From positions 12,465 through 76,464 of the forward strand of contig QFQF01000009.1 in assembly GCA_003248935.1 (NCBI GenBank): a DNA stretch of 64,000 nucleotides, in the 5' to 3' direction. The notes under the pieces are model-generated. The model worked only from the letters and a program-made list of their open reading frames with translations. It searched no databases and had not been told where the DNA came from. The position numbers were made by a program, and so were the translations under genes. Positions 30,229 to 40,577 of the stretch are shown here, piece by piece (position 1 is the first letter of the stretch; every line of letters starts with the position of its first letter). This DNA comes from Sphingobium sp. (GTDB lineage: Bacteria; Pseudomonadota; Alphaproteobacteria; Sphingomonadales; Sphingomonadaceae).

Positions 30229-31392
30229 TCAATGCGGGTTCACCACGGTGATCACGCCCGCGCCCGCATTCTCGATCGCATGCTTTTCCTCCCACGTCGC
30301 AACGTCGAGGATGATGCCCTTCTTCTTTTCGTCATTGGCGAAGATCAGCGGCTTGTCGGTCTGCGTCACTTCCAGATTGTTCATCGGCTCCTTCAGCGGC
30401 ACGCGCTTCACCACCTTCTGCGTGGCGAGGTCGACGTCCCAGATTTCGGTGCCCGACGCCTTGTGCGACCAGTATTCGCCCATGTGCATCAGCACGAACA
30501 GATGGCCGGATGGACGATGCAACGCCATCGGCTGGCGCCCGCCCGGCAGCCAGTTGATGTCCAGCGGCTTCGTATCGCCGGAACGGATGCCGGCCGCCGT
30601 CTGGATGGAGAATGGTTGCGACACCGAAGGCTCCGCGCTGATCTTCGCCGTATAGATCTGGCCGGTATAGGTCAGGAACACCGCCTCCTTCTTGACGGCG
30701 TCATAGGCATAATTGTCGAAGATCGGATCGTCGGTGGCCGAGAAGAAGGGCTGCGTGTGCGTGATCTGCGGCTTGCTGCCCGCCATCCGCACCGTCGCGA
30801 GCGACCCGTCCGAACACAAGGCGGAGAAACCAAGACCCGGATTGGGCATCAGACTCGCGCAGCCGGGCAACTCGACATTCTTGTAGAACTTCTTCTTCGC
30901 CAGATCGACGACATTCACGGAGGACGCCGGGTCGAGATTGTAGACGAATCCCCATTTGCCATCGTCGCTGACCACGAAATTGTTCTTGCGCGTGCCGATA
31001 AGGATTCGGCCGGGAATCGCGATCTCGGTCACCAGCTTCAACTCGCTTGTGTCATAGACCGACACCATGTCCTGGCGCGTGCCGCGATCCCCCTTCGACC
31101 AGATGGTTTCGGCGACATAGTAATATCTGCCGGCGGGATCGATCGCCATGTCGGCAAGCCGGCGCGTTTCCACCATGCCCTTCATCTTGCCGCTTTCGCC
31201 GTCGAAGATGGTCGTGCCGCCCATGTCCCAGCCGCCATCGACATAGAACCAGCCGGGCTTGGGCGGGTCGATCGTCATGACGTCGGACGTTTCGACCTGA
31301 AGTTCGGTTTCCGCGTTCGTCGGAACGGCGGTGCCCGCGATCGCGGCGAGCATCACCCCGATGGCCGCGGCTCTAGAGCGCATCCTGATCAT
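30229..31392 (-). CDS. mauB: TTQ amine dehydrogenase heavy chain
   Basis: Signal peptide, RGTRQDMVSVYD, PGCASL, ALCSDG, WLPGGRQ, LMHMGEYWSHK. Confidence 0.9.
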   Translation of the reverse strand: MIRMRSRAAAIGVMLAAIAGTAVPTNAETELQVETSDVMTIDPPKPGWFYVDGGWDMGGTTIFDGESGKMKGMVETRRLADMAIDPAGRYYYVAETIWSKGDRGTRQDMVSVYDTSELKLVTEIAIPGRILIGTRKNNFVVSDDGKWGFVYNLDPASSVNVVDLAKKKFYKNVELPGCASLMPNPGLGFSALCSDGSLATVRMAGSKPQITHTQPFFSATDDPIFDNYAYDAVKKEAVFLTYTGQIYTAKISAEPSVSQPFSIQTAAGIRSGDTKPLDINWLPGGRQPMALHRPSGHLFVLMHMGEYWSHKASGTEIWDVDLATQKVVKRVPLKEPMNNLEVTQTDKPLIFANDEKKKGIILDVATWEEKHAIENAGAGVITVVNPH

Positions 31393-31479
31393 ATGGCCGG
31401 TCCCCCTTCGATCGACATGCGTGCACGGTGCGGCACCGGTGCGTCGTCCGCCGCGTCCTGCCGCTGCATCGCAACAAGA

Positions 31480-31509
31480 TTTGACAGATGTCCAGAATTG
31501 GTCAAGCGG
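31480..31509 (-). promoter_or_regulatory. mauB promoter/operator (shared motif)
   Basis: cgcTTGAC-caattc-TGGAC-atct-GTCAA on the minus strand. Confidence 0.75.
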
Positions 31510-31552
31510 CGAAAACCGCGTTGGAAGCGATTTTTTTGCGCCGCACCTTGCC

Positions 31553-32725
31553 TCACGCTGCCACCCCCTGCCCGGCCCCGGCTCCGGTCGCGACCGGAAC
31601 CTGCCGCCGCGCGAACAGCAGGGCCGCCATGGCCGCGACCAGCACCGACAGCGCGCCCGCCTCCAGTCCCGGCCGTCCAGCCGCACCGGCCATGACGGCT
31701 CCCAGTACGGGGCCCGCGATCATACCCAGCGGATGGGTACAGGCGACGAATCGGCGGAACAGCGGATCGCCGCTCGCTGCGGTCGCCGCTCCGGAGCAGC
31801 GGATGATGATAGCGGTCGACCCGATGTTGAGCAGCAGGACCGCGCCGATAAAGGGTGTGCTGCCGCCAAGCGGGATCAGCACCAGCGGCGAGAGCAGGCA
31901 CAGGCCCGCGAGCAGGCCGGTGAGCGGCAACGGAACGAGGGGCCGTTCGCGCATGACGGCGATCGCGGTCAGCGCACCGACCACCGACCCCAGCGCGACA
32001 CCGAAGCCGATCACCTCCTCGTCCAGTCCCTCTCCGGCCGCCAGCGCACCGGTAAAACTCCACACAAGCATCGTTGCGCAAATGAAGGCGAAGGCGGCGG
32101 CGGCCAGCGCCCAGGCGGCCGGCGGCACAGATGTCCCGCCGGGTGCCGGAAACGGCGGTGCGCCGGACAGGATGCGCGCCCATGGTCGCGCCGTCAGTGC
32201 CAGCCCGGCAATGACGAGCGGCCCCGCAGTCAGCGCAACCAGCGCCGCACGGGGACTTACAGCATCCGAGACAAACGGCAGGAGAAGCGCCACGGCGGTC
32301 GAGAGCAGGAGTTGCGCAAGGAATACTGCCGCATAGGCTGTGGTCGGGCGTCGCGCTGCCGCCTCGCTCATCGCATCGGTGTAGATCACGCCCATCGCAA
32401 GGCCGAACAGGCCACGTATCAGCAGGAGCGCCGCAAAATCACCGAACAGGGCAGTCGCGATGCCACACAGGAATGCGAAGCCGGCGGCCATCGGCACCAT
32501 CCGCCGAGCCGGCAGCGCATGGCGGTAGCGCCAGACGGCGAGTGCACCCAGCGCCATGCCGCCCTGGGTCGCGCCGACGATCCAGCCGTGCCGCAGGGGA
32601 TCAAGGCCATGCGCCGCCGACAGGATGGTCAGGAAAACCGGATCGATGCCGGGCTGAAGGCAACCGATGGCTGCGGTGGCGATCGTGGTTGAACCCGCGA
32701 ACGCACGATGGGGCCCTGCCTGCAT
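31553..32725 (-). CDS. MFS-like membrane transporter
   Basis: About 12 hydrophobic segments; LLIRGLFGLAMG motif. Confidence 0.75.
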   Translation of the reverse strand: MQAGPHRAFAGSTTIATAAIGCLQPGIDPVFLTILSAAHGLDPLRHGWIVGATQGGMALGALAVWRYRHALPARRMVPMAAGFAFLCGIATALFGDFAALLLIRGLFGLAMGVIYTDAMSEAAARRPTTAYAAVFLAQLLLSTAVALLLPFVSDAVSPRAALVALTAGPLVIAGLALTARPWARILSGAPPFPAPGGTSVPPAAWALAAAAFAFICATMLVWSFTGALAAGEGLDEEVIGFGVALGSVVGALTAIAVMRERPLVPLPLTGLLAGLCLLSPLVLIPLGGSTPFIGAVLLLNIGSTAIIIRCSGAATAASGDPLFRRFVACTHPLGMIAGPVLGAVMAGAAGRPGLEAGALSVLVAAMAALLFARRQVPVATGAGAGQGVAA

Positions 32726-32802
32726 CGATGCTCCTCCCAACGACTGCGCCTTGCGGCGCGCCGTTCAGAGCATCCCCCTCCCGATTATCGTCCTTGCCGC
32801 CG

Positions 32803-33462
32803 TCAGGCCACCGCTTCGGGCAGGGCGGCAATGTCGCGCGCGCTCGCCGTCTTGGCAAGCTCTACCAGCGATTTGACCGCCAGCATCTTGAACGCGTCCA
32901 TCTTGTCCGACCAGGGCTTGCCGTAGCCCAGAAAGGCCGTCGCCCCTTCCATCGAGGCACTGATATAGAGCGCCAGCGTGTGCACCTCGTCCGGCGTCAG
33001 CGCCGGGTTGAGCTGCGCCACATATTCGCCGATCACGTCGTGCACCCTGCGGTAGAAGATCTGCACGCGCTCGGCGACGAAGTCATCATGGTTGGCAAGC
33101 GCCCACAGTTCCGTGAACAGATGCGTGGTGCGCTTGGTACGGATGTCGTCGAGGCACAGGATGATAACGAGGCGAAGGCGCTCCTCGGCCGACAGGCCGG
33201 GCCTGCGCACCCGCTCCTCCAGCAAGCGCCCATAGGATTCGATCAGCTCGTCGAGCAGCACCTGGATCAGCATTTCCTTGCGCGGGAAATGATAGCTGAC
33301 ATTGCCTACCTTCATGTCGGCACGGGCGGCGATGCGGCGAATGGTGAACGCTGCCGCCCCCTCGTCGATCAGCACGGACAACGCCGCCTTCAGGATCGCG
33401 TCGACGGTTTCTGTCCCACGGGCGTAAATGCCGGGCTTTGGAGGAGAAGTCATGACATTCAT
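32803..33462 (-). CDS. TetR/AcrR family regulator
   Basis: ILKAALSVLIDEG...FTIRRIAARADMKVGNVSYHFPRKE HTH. Confidence 0.92.
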   Translation of the reverse strand: MNVMTSPPKPGIYARGTETVDAILKAALSVLIDEGAAAFTIRRIAARADMKVGNVSYHFPRKEMLIQVLLDELIESYGRLLEERVRRPGLSAEERLRLVIILCLDDIRTKRTTHLFTELWALANHDDFVAERVQIFYRRVHDVIGEYVAQLNPALTPDEVHTLALYISASMEGATAFLGYGKPWSDKMDAFKMLAVKSLVELAKTASARDIAALPEAVA

Positions 33463-33540
33463 ATCGATAATCCCGGTCGTGCCGCTCTCCCCCTCTCGGC
33501 TGCCCTTAACGTCCTCCGGCGCGTGGCTCAACCCCGGGTG

Positions 33541-33568
33541 CGCTTGACGAAAGTTTGAAGCCTGTCCA
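33541..33568 (+). promoter_or_regulatory. Mo-oxidoreductase promoter/operator (third copy of the shared motif)
   Basis: cgcTTGAC-gaaagt-TTGAA-gcct-GTCCA; same spacing as the qhpA and mauB sites; lies in the tetR divergent region. Confidence 0.6.
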
Positions 33569-33692
33569 GTATTGATGCAACAGCGTGGCAGCGGAAAGTC
33601 ATTCCGATGCGGATCGATGCCCCCAACCGGCGGATGTTGCGGGCAACCGCGATACGGCGGTAGGATCGTTGCATGACGCAGGGGGACAGGCA

Positions 33693-34154
33693 TTGGCGGT
33701 GACATTCGAGGTGAACGGCACGGCACGGACCGTCGAGGCCGATCCGGACAAGCCGCTGCTCTGGATATTGCGCGAAGACCTGAAGCTGCCCGGCACCAAA
33801 TTCGGCTGCGGCGCGGGTCTCTGCGGCGCGTGCACCGTCATCATGGACGGGGAGGCCATCCGCTCCTGCCAGACGCCCGTCGGCACGATCGCCGGGAAGG
33901 CGGTGATGACCATCGAGCATGTCGCGAGCACCGGTCCGGGCAAGCGGCTGGCCGATGCCTGGGTCGCGCTGGACGTGCCGCAATGCGGCTATTGCCAAGC
34001 CGGGCAGATCATGTCCGCGACCGCGCTTCTCACCAGCAACCCCAAGCCGCAAGTGGCTGACATCGACGCGGCGATGAGTGGCAATATCTGTCGCTGCGCC
34101 ACCTATCTGCGTATCCGTGCTGCGATCACGCAGGCGGCGGGAGCCGAGGCATGA
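33693..34154 (+). CDS. (2Fe-2S)-binding small subunit of a xanthine oxidase-family (IorA-like) oxidoreductase
   Basis: [30 protein letters not shown]. Confidence 0.92.
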   Translation: MAVTFEVNGTARTVEADPDKPLLWILREDLKLPGTKFGCGAGLCGACTVIMDGEAIRSCQTPVGTIAGKAVMTIEHVASTGPGKRLADAWVALDVPQCGYCQAGQIMSATALLTSNPKPQVADIDAAMSGNICRCATYLRIRAAITQAAGAEA

Positions 34155-36343
34155 ACGCCATTTCCGTCATCGATCGCCGCGCTTTCCTCTCCGTGTCGCT
34201 GGCGGGCGGCGCGGCGCTGCTGTTCGACGCGCGCATGCCGCTGGCTGCGCAAGCCCCGGGCGGCACAGCCGCCCTCAATGCCTTCGTTCGCATCGGTGCC
34301 GACAACATCATCACTATCGGCGCCAAGAATCCGGAGATCGGACAGGGCATCCGTACCATGCTGCCGATGCTGATCGCAGAGGAACTGGATGCGGACTGGG
34401 CGCAGGTGCGGATCGAACAGACGCTGGCCGATGACAAGATCTACGGCCCGCAGTCCGCAGGCGGGAGCCGCAGCACGCCGGTCAACTGGCTGCCGATGCG
34501 GCAGGTCGGCGCGGCAGCGCGGCAGATGATCCTGATGGCGGCAGCGGGCGAATGGGGCGTGGACGCCGGGGCGCTGTCGACCGATCGCGGCCATGTGGTG
34601 CTGACGGGAACGGACCGGCGTGCGCCCTATGCCACCTTCGCCGTGCGGGCCGCGCAGATCGCGCCACCCGACCTTTCCACCGTCGCGCTGAAGGACGCCA
34701 AGACCTTCCGCATCATCGGCACGTCGGTGCCGGGCGTCGACACGCCTGCAATCACGCAGGGCAAGCCCCTGTTCGGGATCGATACCGACCTTCCCGGCAT
34801 GCTCCACGCCGCGATCGAGATTTGTCCGGTGTTCGGCGGAACCATTGCCAGCCTGGACGACAGCGCAACCCGCGCTGTCAAGGGCGTGATCGCAGTGACG
34901 CCGCTCAACAGCGGCATCGTCGCCGAGGGACAGCAGAATGCTGTCGCCGTGATCGCCGACAGTTGGTGGACGGCGGATCAGGCGCGGCAGAAGCTGGTCG
35001 TGCAATGGGAAACGCAGGCACAGCAGGGTCATTCGACCGCAGGCTATGAGGCGAAGGCAGGCGAACTGCTGAAAGCGCCGCCGCAGCACGACCTGCTGCG
35101 CAAGGGGGATGCGCAAGGCGCCCTCGCCCGGGCGAAGCGTGTCGTCACGGCGCGCTATGATTATCCGTTCCTTGCGCACGCGACGCTGGAACCGCAGAAC
35201 TGCACGGCGCGCTTTGCCGACGGCAAGGTCGAGATATGGGCGCCGAGCCAGGCGCCCGCCGGTGGACGCAAGCTCGTCGCCCAGGCGCTCGGCATCGCTC
35301 CCGAAGCGATCACCATCCATATGACGCGGATCGGCGGCGGCTTCGGCCGGAGGCTGATGAACGACTACATGGTACAGGCGGCGCTGATCGCGAAGGCTGT
35401 GCCGGGCCGTCCGGTGAAGCTGATCTACAGCCGTCCGGACGACATCAGGCATGATTATTACCGCCCGGCCGGCTGGCATCAGCTGACCGCCGGTCTTGGT
35501 GCGAACGGCGAGATCGTCGCGATCACCGACCATTTCGTCAGCTTCGGCGCCGATGGAAAGGCCGTGACCGCCGCCGAGATGAACCCGCTGGAATTCCCCG
35601 CCCAGATCGTGCCCGACGTCCATTATGGCGCGACATACATGCCGACGTTCATGCCCACCGGCTGGCTCCGTGCGCCGACGTCCAACGCGATGGCCTTCGC
35701 CTTTCAGGGATTCCTTGACGAGGTGGCGGAGGCGGCCGGGCTTGACCTGCCCGAACTGATGCGACGCACGCTTGGCGAGGCGCGGTTGCTGCCGCCGCCC
35801 GAACGCGGCGCGCCGTTCCACACCGGACGCGCCCGGGCCGTGATCGACGCCGTATGCGCCGATGCAGGATGGACGGGCGGTGCGGCATCGCGCAAGCGAG
35901 GAAAAGCCAAGGGGCGCGGCTTCGGCTTCTATTTCAGCCATGCCGGCTATTTCGCGGAGGTGGTCGACATCAGCATCGTCGACAAGACGACGGTCCGTGT
36001 CGACAAGGTATGGGTCGCGGGCGATGTCGGCGCCCATGTGATCAACCCGCTCAACGCGCTGCATCAGGCGCAGGGTTCGGTCATCGACGGCATCGCCCAG
36101 GCGCTGGCCGGGCAGAAAGTCGAGCTGGAGGGCGGCGCGGTCGTGCAGGAGAATTTCCACGACTTCCCGCTGCTGCGGATAGAAAGCGCCCCGCCGGAGG
36201 TCGCGGTCCGTTTCCTGACGCCGGACTTCCCGCCGACCGGCATGGGCGAGCCCGCCTTGCCACCGGTGATCCCGGCGCTGGCCCATGCGATCTACAACGC
36301 CACCGGCAAGCGGCTGCGCAGCCTGCCGCTGAGCCTCGGCTAG
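34151..36343 (+). CDS. Molybdopterin-binding large subunit (IorB-like), Tat-exported, probable aldehyde oxidoreductase
   Basis: DRRAFL Tat motif, [35 protein letters not shown]. Confidence 0.9.
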   Translation: MNAISVIDRRAFLSVSLAGGAALLFDARMPLAAQAPGGTAALNAFVRIGADNIITIGAKNPEIGQGIRTMLPMLIAEELDADWAQVRIEQTLADDKIYGPQSAGGSRSTPVNWLPMRQVGAAARQMILMAAAGEWGVDAGALSTDRGHVVLTGTDRRAPYATFAVRAAQIAPPDLSTVALKDAKTFRIIGTSVPGVDTPAITQGKPLFGIDTDLPGMLHAAIEICPVFGGTIASLDDSATRAVKGVIAVTPLNSGIVAEGQQNAVAVIADSWWTADQARQKLVVQWETQAQQGHSTAGYEAKAGELLKAPPQHDLLRKGDAQGALARAKRVVTARYDYPFLAHATLEPQNCTARFADGKVEIWAPSQAPAGGRKLVAQALGIAPEAITIHMTRIGGGFGRRLMNDYMVQAALIAKAVPGRPVKLIYSRPDDIRHDYYRPAGWHQLTAGLGANGEIVAITDHFVSFGADGKAVTAAEMNPLEFPAQIVPDVHYGATYMPTFMPTGWLRAPTSNAMAFAFQGFLDEVAEAAGLDLPELMRRTLGEARLLPPPERGAPFHTGRARAVIDAVCADAGWTGGAASRKRGKAKGRGFGFYFSHAGYFAEVVDISIVDKTTVRVDKVWVAGDVGAHVINPLNALHQAQGSVIDGIAQALAGQKVELEGGAVVQENFHDFPLLRIESAPPEVAVRFLTPDFPPTGMGEPALPPVIPALAHAIYNATGKRLRSLPLSLG

Positions 36344-36446
36344 AGCATTTTCCAAGCAGGTGGAATCACCTGCTGGCTCAGAAAACGCCACCAAACAATG
36401 AGATAGAGCGGTCGATCTGATTCAATCAGATCGGGAACCGCTCTAG
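36340..36446. repeat. Alphaproteobacterial intergenic palindromic repeat (CIR/RIME/Bru-RS-like)
   Basis: CTAGAGC...GCTCTAG termini; two internal hairpins each containing a GANTC site. Confidence 0.7.
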
Positions 36447-36464
36447 CGGCGGCGACCCGCTACT

Positions 36465-36689
36465 CTAGCCGCTACGCCCGGCCGCCCGCCAGAAGGCGAT
36501 CGCACGATCACTGGCCCGATTGAGGGCTTCCTGCTCGGTATCGCCCTCCGCGCGCCACCAGGCACGCGAAGCAGTCGGTGCGCCCAGACTGACATCCGCG
36601 ACCCAGCGCTCCGCCTTCACCGTTTCCCATGCGAAAGCGAACCCCCGCCCCGCAGCATATTCACGCAGCAAACCGTCGCATATGTGCAT
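36465..36689 (-). CDS. Small hypothetical protein
   Basis: 74 aa ORF with plausible composition filling an intergenic gap. Confidence 0.4.
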   Translation of the reverse strand: MHICDGLLREYAAGRGFAFAWETVKAERWVADVSLGAPTASRAWWRAEGDTEQEALNRASDRAIAFWRAAGRSG

Positions 36690-36839
36690 GACGACTCACC
36701 CCCAGACATTGGACCCGGCGGCGATGCTATGACGTGCGCGGCAAAGGTGCGAATCTATTAACCATACTGCCGGTCGTTACCCCATCGGAACAAGAAACGC
36801 GCTGTTGCGTCTAGGGTCAGGACAGGGAGATCGAACGGC

Positions 36840-38342
36840 ATGCCCATCCCCGACGGCCGCCATCGGCACAGGCTTCTCCTGCCCTCGCTGGCCGCGATCC
36901 TCGCCCTGCTGCTGGCCGGCTGTTCCGAGCGCACGCCGGTCGAGCCGCCGCCCCGCGCCAACGATCCCGTGCCGGTGCCGGAGGTCGGTTCCATCATCAC
37001 CGTTCCCGTCGACGCCGATCAGGCGCTGCTGACCCGCGCGATCGAGAAGGGGTTGCCCCGCACGCTATGGACGATCAACCGGGAGGAGGAGAGGTGCATC
37101 CCCCCGCAGAAGGTGAAGATACTCGGGCGCGGCATCAACGTGACGCCCGCCATCGGCTGCACCATCGTCGGCACAGTAACGCGCGGCCCCGTGCGCCTGC
37201 GGGGCGCGGGGCAGGACATCATCGCCGATGTACCGATCCGCGCGGTGATCAGCGCCCGCGATGTAGGCGGCGTGCTGAAGGGAGAAACCGCCACCGGCTC
37301 CGCCATGGTGCGTGCCCGTATCCGGCTCGACCTGTCGCCGGACTGGCGGCCGCGTGGCACGGTGAAGCTGCAATATGACTGGACCACACCGCCCGGGATC
37401 GACTTTCTGGGCCGACGGATCACCTTCACCGACAAGGCGGACGAGAAGCTGGCCCCCGTCATCCGGACGCTGGAGGCGACCCTGCCCCGCGAACTGGCGC
37501 GCGCGGACCTGAAGGCACAGGTCGCGCCGCTCTGGCGCCGCGCCTTCAGCGTGCTGGAACTGAACCGGGAGAATCCGCCGGTCTGGATGAGCGTGTCACC
37601 GCGCGCGCTGATCTACGGGGGCTACCGTATGGAGGGACGGCGGCTGCGCCTGAACCTGGGGCTGGAAGCCATGACGCGGACGTTCGTCGGCGAGCGGCCG
37701 CCCGCGCCGGAACCGACTCCGTTGCCGAACCTCACCAGTGCGAAGACGGGAGGCCGCTTCCATTTCTTCATTCCGGTCATCGCCGATTATGAGGAACTGG
37801 AACCGGTGATCGCCCGCGCGCTCGCAAAGCGGTCACAACGCCCGTTCGACCTGCCCGGCATCGGCGCGGTGAACGCCAGCTTCGGGCCGCCCGATGTCTA
37901 CGGCACCCAGGGCGGGCGGATCGCCGTGGGCCTGAAGGTCACCGCGCGCCCGGCGACAGGCATGGTCGGCGAGACGCATGGCAGGCTCTGGATCGCCGCC
38001 CGCCCGGTCAACGAGCCGGGGTCCGCTCGCATCCGGTTCACCGACCTCGTCGTAACCGGCGACACCGACGGGGTGGGTGGAGACCTTTTGCTCGCGCTGG
38101 GCAACAGCCCAGGCATGGCGGAGTTGATCGCCACGGCCCTTGAACAGAATTTCGCCGACGACCTGGACGACCTTCTCGCCAAGGTGCGACGCGCGATCGC
38201 CCGGAAGCAGGAGGGCGCCTTCACCATCGACGCGCGCGTGGATGCGGTGGAGACGGGTGTCATCCGGGCGTTCGGCCAGGGCCTGTACCTGCCCGTGCAG
38301 GCAACCGGCGACGCCCACGTCCTGTACCGGCCGGAACGTTGA
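36840..38342 (+). CDS. Lipoprotein, DUF4403-like
   Basis: Lipobox LLAGC; beta-rich 500 aa protein. Confidence 0.65.
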   Translation: MPIPDGRHRHRLLLPSLAAILALLLAGCSERTPVEPPPRANDPVPVPEVGSIITVPVDADQALLTRAIEKGLPRTLWTINREEERCIPPQKVKILGRGINVTPAIGCTIVGTVTRGPVRLRGAGQDIIADVPIRAVISARDVGGVLKGETATGSAMVRARIRLDLSPDWRPRGTVKLQYDWTTPPGIDFLGRRITFTDKADEKLAPVIRTLEATLPRELARADLKAQVAPLWRRAFSVLELNRENPPVWMSVSPRALIYGGYRMEGRRLRLNLGLEAMTRTFVGERPPAPEPTPLPNLTSAKTGGRFHFFIPVIADYEELEPVIARALAKRSQRPFDLPGIGAVNASFGPPDVYGTQGGRIAVGLKVTARPATGMVGETHGRLWIAARPVNEPGSARIRFTDLVVTGDTDGVGGDLLLALGNSPGMAELIATALEQNFADDLDDLLAKVRRAIARKQEGAFTIDARVDAVETGVIRAFGQGLYLPVQATGDAHVLYRPER

Positions 38343-38375
38343 CCCGCCCGGCCGATACGGGATGCTGGGATTACT

Positions 38376-39341
38376 TCAAGGCTTGGGCTTCAGCATGCCG
38401 TGCATGCCGATCCAGCGAACAAAGGCATCGAACCAGCCGGTGCTGGTCGTGCCCTTCTGGTACATGCCGAAGCCGTGCCCGCCCCGCTCGTAGAAGTGGA
38501 ATTCGACCGGCCGCTTCGCCGTCCGCCAGCTGTCGATCAGGCCGAAACCGCCATTGCCGAACAGCGGATCATCGGCGGCGATGGCGACGAACAGCGGCGG
38601 GGCGTCCGCCGGGACGGTCACGGGCGCTAGCGAGCCATAGATGGTCCCGATGAACGCCGGCTTCGCATCCTGCCCGGCCAGTGTCGTCGTCATGGTCAGC
38701 ATCGCGCCTGCGGAGAAGCCCACCATGCCAATGCGGTCGGGGTCGATATGCCATTCGCCGGCGCGGCGGCGCACCAGCGAGAAGGCGGCGCGCGCATCGG
38801 CGATCTGCGGTGCAAGACCGGCAATGGCTTTCGCCGGATCCGGCCGGCTTCCCGTTACGGACGCGAACATCTCCTGCATCGAACGCTCGAAGCCCGGCAT
38901 ATCGGCAGGGGTCTGATTCAGCCGATATTTGAGCACGAACGCCGCCACGCCCTTTGCCGCCAGCGCCCTGGCGACGTCCCAGCCCTCATTTTCCATCGAC
39001 AGCGTGCGGAAGCCGCCACCGGGCGCGACGATCACCGCGGCGCCACTTGCTTTCGCCGGGTCAGGCAGGAACGGCGTGAGCGTCGCAACCGTCACGTTGC
39101 GGGCAAAGACGCTGCCATACTGGCTGTGCCAGCTTTCCCGCGCCTTGGCGTCTGGCAGCGAGCCGGTGTCGAGCGTGATCGCATCCGGCTGGGCCGGGAT
39201 CGCGATCGGGATCATCTTGTCGTCCTGGGCATATACCGGCGCGCTGATCGCGCAGGCAAGCACGACCATTGCGGCCGCGAACCTCCGGCGCAGCGGATAC
39301 CCGGTCGCGGCTCGTTTCTTCATGCTGGTCAGATATCTCAT
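38376..39341 (-). CDS. Secreted alpha/beta hydrolase (esterase-like)
   Basis: PGGGF oxyanion motif, GFSAG nucleophile, DDPL, GGHGFG; signal peptide. Confidence 0.85.
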   Translation of the reverse strand: MRYLTSMKKRAATGYPLRRRFAAAMVVLACAISAPVYAQDDKMIPIAIPAQPDAITLDTGSLPDAKARESWHSQYGSVFARNVTVATLTPFLPDPAKASGAAVIVAPGGGFRTLSMENEGWDVARALAAKGVAAFVLKYRLNQTPADMPGFERSMQEMFASVTGSRPDPAKAIAGLAPQIADARAAFSLVRRRAGEWHIDPDRIGMVGFSAGAMLTMTTTLAGQDAKPAFIGTIYGSLAPVTVPADAPPLFVAIAADDPLFGNGGFGLIDSWRTAKRPVEFHFYERGGHGFGMYQKGTTSTGWFDAFVRWIGMHGMLKPKP

Positions 39342-39527
39342 GGCATCGCTCCCTCCTGCATCGCCCGCATCCAGCGGGTCGCCTGTTTTTGTCGTACAAA
39401 AGAGGAGGCGCGCTGTCACGGAGGAAAGCAGCGAAAACGCACCGATGGGATGCCAGCCCGTGCACCGATATGAAGGCCGGCGGCGCTACTTGTGCGTCCG
39501 AACCACCAGATAGTCGGACAATATTAC

Positions 39528-39568
39528 AAAACACGCCGCCCGCACATTCATGCGGACGGCGTGTTTTT
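39528..39568. terminator. Rho-independent terminator, possibly bidirectional
   Basis: AAAACACGCCGCCCGCA-loop-TGCGGACGGCGTGTTTT. Confidence 0.75.
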
Positions 39569-39571
39569 GCA

Positions 39572-40528
39572 TCACTTGAAGCCGAGCTTCTTCAGATAGT
39601 TGGCGCTTTCGCGCAGGGCGGTATCCGGATCGGCGACCGTGTCCTGCTCAACGAAATAATGCTCGACGCCGGTCTCTTCCGCCTTGGCCAGGATCGCCTT
39701 CAGGTCGATCGCACCGTTACCCAGATAGGTCATATAGGGGAACAGCTTGATCCACTGATCGGGCGTACCACCGTCGCCGTCGAAATGATGGATCTGCGTC
39801 ATGTCCTTCAAATGGAGCATCTTGTAGCGGTTCTTGTACCGGGTCAGGTAGTCGACCGGGTCACCGCCGCCCGCGACCGTCCAGTAGATGTCCAGTTCGA
39901 AGAACACATGCGCCGGATCGGTTGCATCGAGCATCACGTCCAGCGGCACCTGACCATCGATCGGCTTAAAGCCGTATCCATGATTATGATAGGCGAACCG
40001 CACGCCATGCTTCGTCGCCTCGGCGCCGACAGCGTTGAACAGGTCCGCCGAGCGCTTGTAGTCGTCCAGCGACTTGCGATGCTCCGCGGGCAGCGAGGGC
40101 AGCGTGACATAGGTCGCGCCCAGCTTGTGCGCGGCCTCCGCCAGCGGCCCCATATGATCCTGGACCGTATACAGGTCGGTGTGCATGGACGGCGCGGTCA
40201 TGCCGTTGGCCTTCAGGATGGCGCGGGCCTCCTCCAGCGTCTTGCCGAAGAAACCGCTGCCGGAAAAGCCAAGGCTCGGCGTGACCCTTTTCCAACTCTC
40301 GACGTTCCTGGCATCGCTGAACGTATAGGGACCGAAGGTCTCGACCTCACGGTAGCCAAGCTTGGCGAGGAAACCGATCGCCTTTGCGTAGTCCTGCTCC
40401 AGCATCTTGGGAATCGAGAACAGCTGGACACCGAAGCGCCGAGGCCGCTTGGCGGCGGCGAGCGACGGGGAAGCGCCCAGGAGCAGTGCAAGCGCCCCCG
40501 CCTGGGTCAGGAAATCCCTTCTATCCAT
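39572..40528 (-). CDS. Tat-exported sugar-phosphate isomerase/epimerase-family TIM barrel
   Basis: MDRRDFL Tat motif; YHNH, ELDIYW, HLKD, VEQD metal motifs. Confidence 0.85.
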   Translation of the reverse strand: MDRRDFLTQAGALALLLGASPSLAAAKRPRRFGVQLFSIPKMLEQDYAKAIGFLAKLGYREVETFGPYTFSDARNVESWKRVTPSLGFSGSGFFGKTLEEARAILKANGMTAPSMHTDLYTVQDHMGPLAEAAHKLGATYVTLPSLPAEHRKSLDDYKRSADLFNAVGAEATKHGVRFAYHNHGYGFKPIDGQVPLDVMLDATDPAHVFFELDIYWTVAGGGDPVDYLTRYKNRYKMLHLKDMTQIHHFDGDGGTPDQWIKLFPYMTYLGNGAIDLKAILAKAEETGVEHYFVEQDTVADPDTALRESANYLKKLGFK

Positions 40529-40577
40529 AATCTACAGGCCTCCAAAATTATTGAACGGCCGATAGCCGTCCGGCGAC

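Noticed and set aside
28481..31392. Evidence of methylamine methylotrophy
   Set aside because: mauBEDA homologs include aromatic and other amine dehydrogenases; no C1 genes in the window, and substrate cannot be read from sequence
34103..36394. Long antisense ORFs (also 176-1243, 6084-7406, 16473-18320, 24601-25968, 30232-31695, 48664-50688)
   Set aside because: Shadow frames of well-supported genes in high-GC DNA, with no recognisable motifs
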